The notes under the pieces are model-generated. The model did not search any database. It was not told where the DNA came from and saw nothing but the letters and a program-made list of their open reading frames with translations. Shown one piece after another: positions 61,921 through 64,000 of a DNA stretch of 64,000 bases. The DNA is from Eledone cirrhosa. Lineage: Eukaryota. The stretch's first letter is position 1; each line of letters opens with the position of its first letter. The stretch lies in NCBI GenBank assembly GCA_964016885.1, contig OZ024741.1, positions 300,390,001-300,454,000 on the forward strand. The letters are read 5' to 3'. The translations under genes were made by a program, and so were the position numbers.

Positions 61921-63854
61921 TGTTTGTGCCTCTGCGTGTACGTAGGTGTTAAGATATGTACATGTGTCTTTTATGCGTGTCTGTGCGTGTCTGTTTGTGC
62001 TTTTGTGCTTTTGTGCACTTGGACATTTTATGCGTTTCTTTTTGCAGGAACGTATATGTATTTTTAAATGATTCTTGTTACCACTAAAAATCTTTGGTAT
62101 GTATATCTACTTATTCCGTCTGATAATTTGGTTGAAACTTTTGAACCACATTAACTAAATATTTAGGCGGTTGGTGTGTGGATGTAGTTTATGCTATTTA
62201 TTACTATGGCTAATAATATCTGAAAATGTTATGCTGCTATCTGACTGACTTAATTCCTTTCCCATCAATCTGTGGTGTATTTATTTTGTCTGTTTCTCCA
62301 ATGTATCAACTATTTTTTGTTTAACTAATTTAACTTTTTCAATGGTTTAAAAGAAACCTATGGTGTATTGTTTCAGTACAAAAGCAGCATTCGCAAATAA
62401 CAAAATAAATACTCTTTTCAGATGCCATTGATATACATATTGACATTGTATCTTCATAGCTTACTGAGCATTGATACAACCATCAGAAACAACGATCAAA
62501 CTACCAAATTCAACAAATTTGAAGTCATCCAATTTGTGGCTTGTGAACAGAACATGAGTTCTGCCTGTGGGGTACAAATCATTACCAATACCAATCCATT
62601 TCAGAACAAACAATAATAGTAAACTTTATGGCAACAATATAAGAGACAGCACTTCGTACCAATGAGAATAATTATAGGCAAAACGTTTTGCTTCTCACAA
62701 ATGCTCTTTTGTAAAATACTGGACCTAGTTCACACATTTATATTATTTGATGATAGCTGGAAACGTTTGAATATAAATCACTATGATATAACTGAACCGA
62801 TTATGTCAGATACTATTATTCACTCACTATAACGCATAACATCTTGTTACGCAGCATTTATTCGACAATCTCTTGTTCAATACAACATAAATATATAATA
62901 AATATAGGTAATGGTAAAAAGTATGTAACTCCTGATGGGGTCTTAGATGCGCCGTCCTGACATGTGCTCTGTCTATGATATTTGAAACCTGAAAGATCCT
63001 ATTCTTCACGAGGGCTGAGTACAGACGATTTCTCCGGATGGGAAATGATAAAGAGATATAGGAAGAACGATTTCGATTACTGAAATGGTTATATATTTAT
63101 TGATGACGGAAGGATAACAGGCAACGTTGACAACGGTGAGATTAGAACGGAAAATGCAATGAGTTGGAGCAAATAGCGAGACATCTTTAGAACGACACCC
63201 TGACAACATCGAGATATAATATAAGTGATAAACTGAAAAGTGTTTAAGCAATCCTCGTAAACATAGATTCTTGTTTTCAAGGGAAACACTCACTCCTAGA
63301 ACTTTACAACACAGGTCTTCCTAAATATTTGGATGACCGGATTAAAGATAGAAAGGTAATTCTAACATCAGTTGTACACATTCAACATAGGCGTTGTTGT
63401 TATAAAGTCATAATAGAGCGCCATGCTTTGATTTAAAACGAGGCGAGGCTGTCCCAGATTCTGTACGTTTATGATTTAAAGAATAAAAAGAAAACGAAAT
63501 CATCCGCTGCATTCAAATTTTCCGGGACAATCGAGCTCACAATTGAATAATTCTTAGAGCAAATGGGTATATATATATCCATCAAAATGTATGTTTCCTT
63601 GTGTTTGATTGGATGATACACACGTGTTCTGGGGTCCAATAAGATTAGAAAATCGATTAAAGATATTGATCATTTTTCTCAATTCGTATTTTCTGGTATG
63701 TTTGCATGCCTCCAAATTAATATATTTATATACGTTGTTGCAATTTTGGCTGCCGACTCTGTATTTACACATATACTTCAGCTGATAGCGCACCTCCTAC
63801 CATATATATATAATAAAAAAGGACAAATGGTTACTCCTTCATTACGTTTATTGG

Positions 63855-63943
63855 TTGGTGACGTGCGTTTCGATATTGATCAGCTCAAGATTCGATCTGT
63901 ATCGATCTAGCCCGACTCCGTGATCAATAGCTCGTCGGACATC
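63855..63943 (-). ncRNA. Decayed hammerhead with extended stem II, in a short unit between (TA)n runs
   Basis: Minus strand reads CCGACGA G c TATTGATCA..TGATCAATA t C GAAA CG-CA-CG T C, giving a GUC triplet; stem I is weak. Confidence 0.55.
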
Positions 63944-64000
63944 TGTTGTAGTAATGACAGAATATATATATATATATATATGTGGTCTTTGATTTCCTAC

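Overview
AT-rich, microsatellite-rich animal genomic DNA. The tRNA-derived SINEs and repeat landscape suggest an octopus or other cephalopod (inference). No host gene could be supported. The window is dominated by retroelements that sit in microsatellites. (1) Tx1/L1-type LINEs (APE-RT-CCHC): one copy has an intact 1139-aa ORF2, and there are four different 5'UTR/ORF1 modules. (2) At least four families of R4/Dong-type RLE non-LTR retrotransposons: two in (TAA)n and two in (TACA)n. (3) Penelope-like elements: an inverted dimer and a Naiad-like copy. (4) An RTE fragment and several SINEs. The region from about 28.6 to 57.7 kb is an almost continuous retrotransposon array joined by (TAA)n/(CAA)n spacers. 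Signals the ORF track does not show: about eight minimal type-I hammerhead ribozyme motifs (intact or decayed), most in short non-coding units between (TA)n runs; a short leader motif shared by the Tx1 elements and a 1-1.4 kb 5' extension of the RLE family, suggesting 5'-module exchange between clades; ORF1/5'UTR swapping among Tx1 copies; and opposite insertion polarity of Tx1 versus RLE elements on the same (TAA)n strand.
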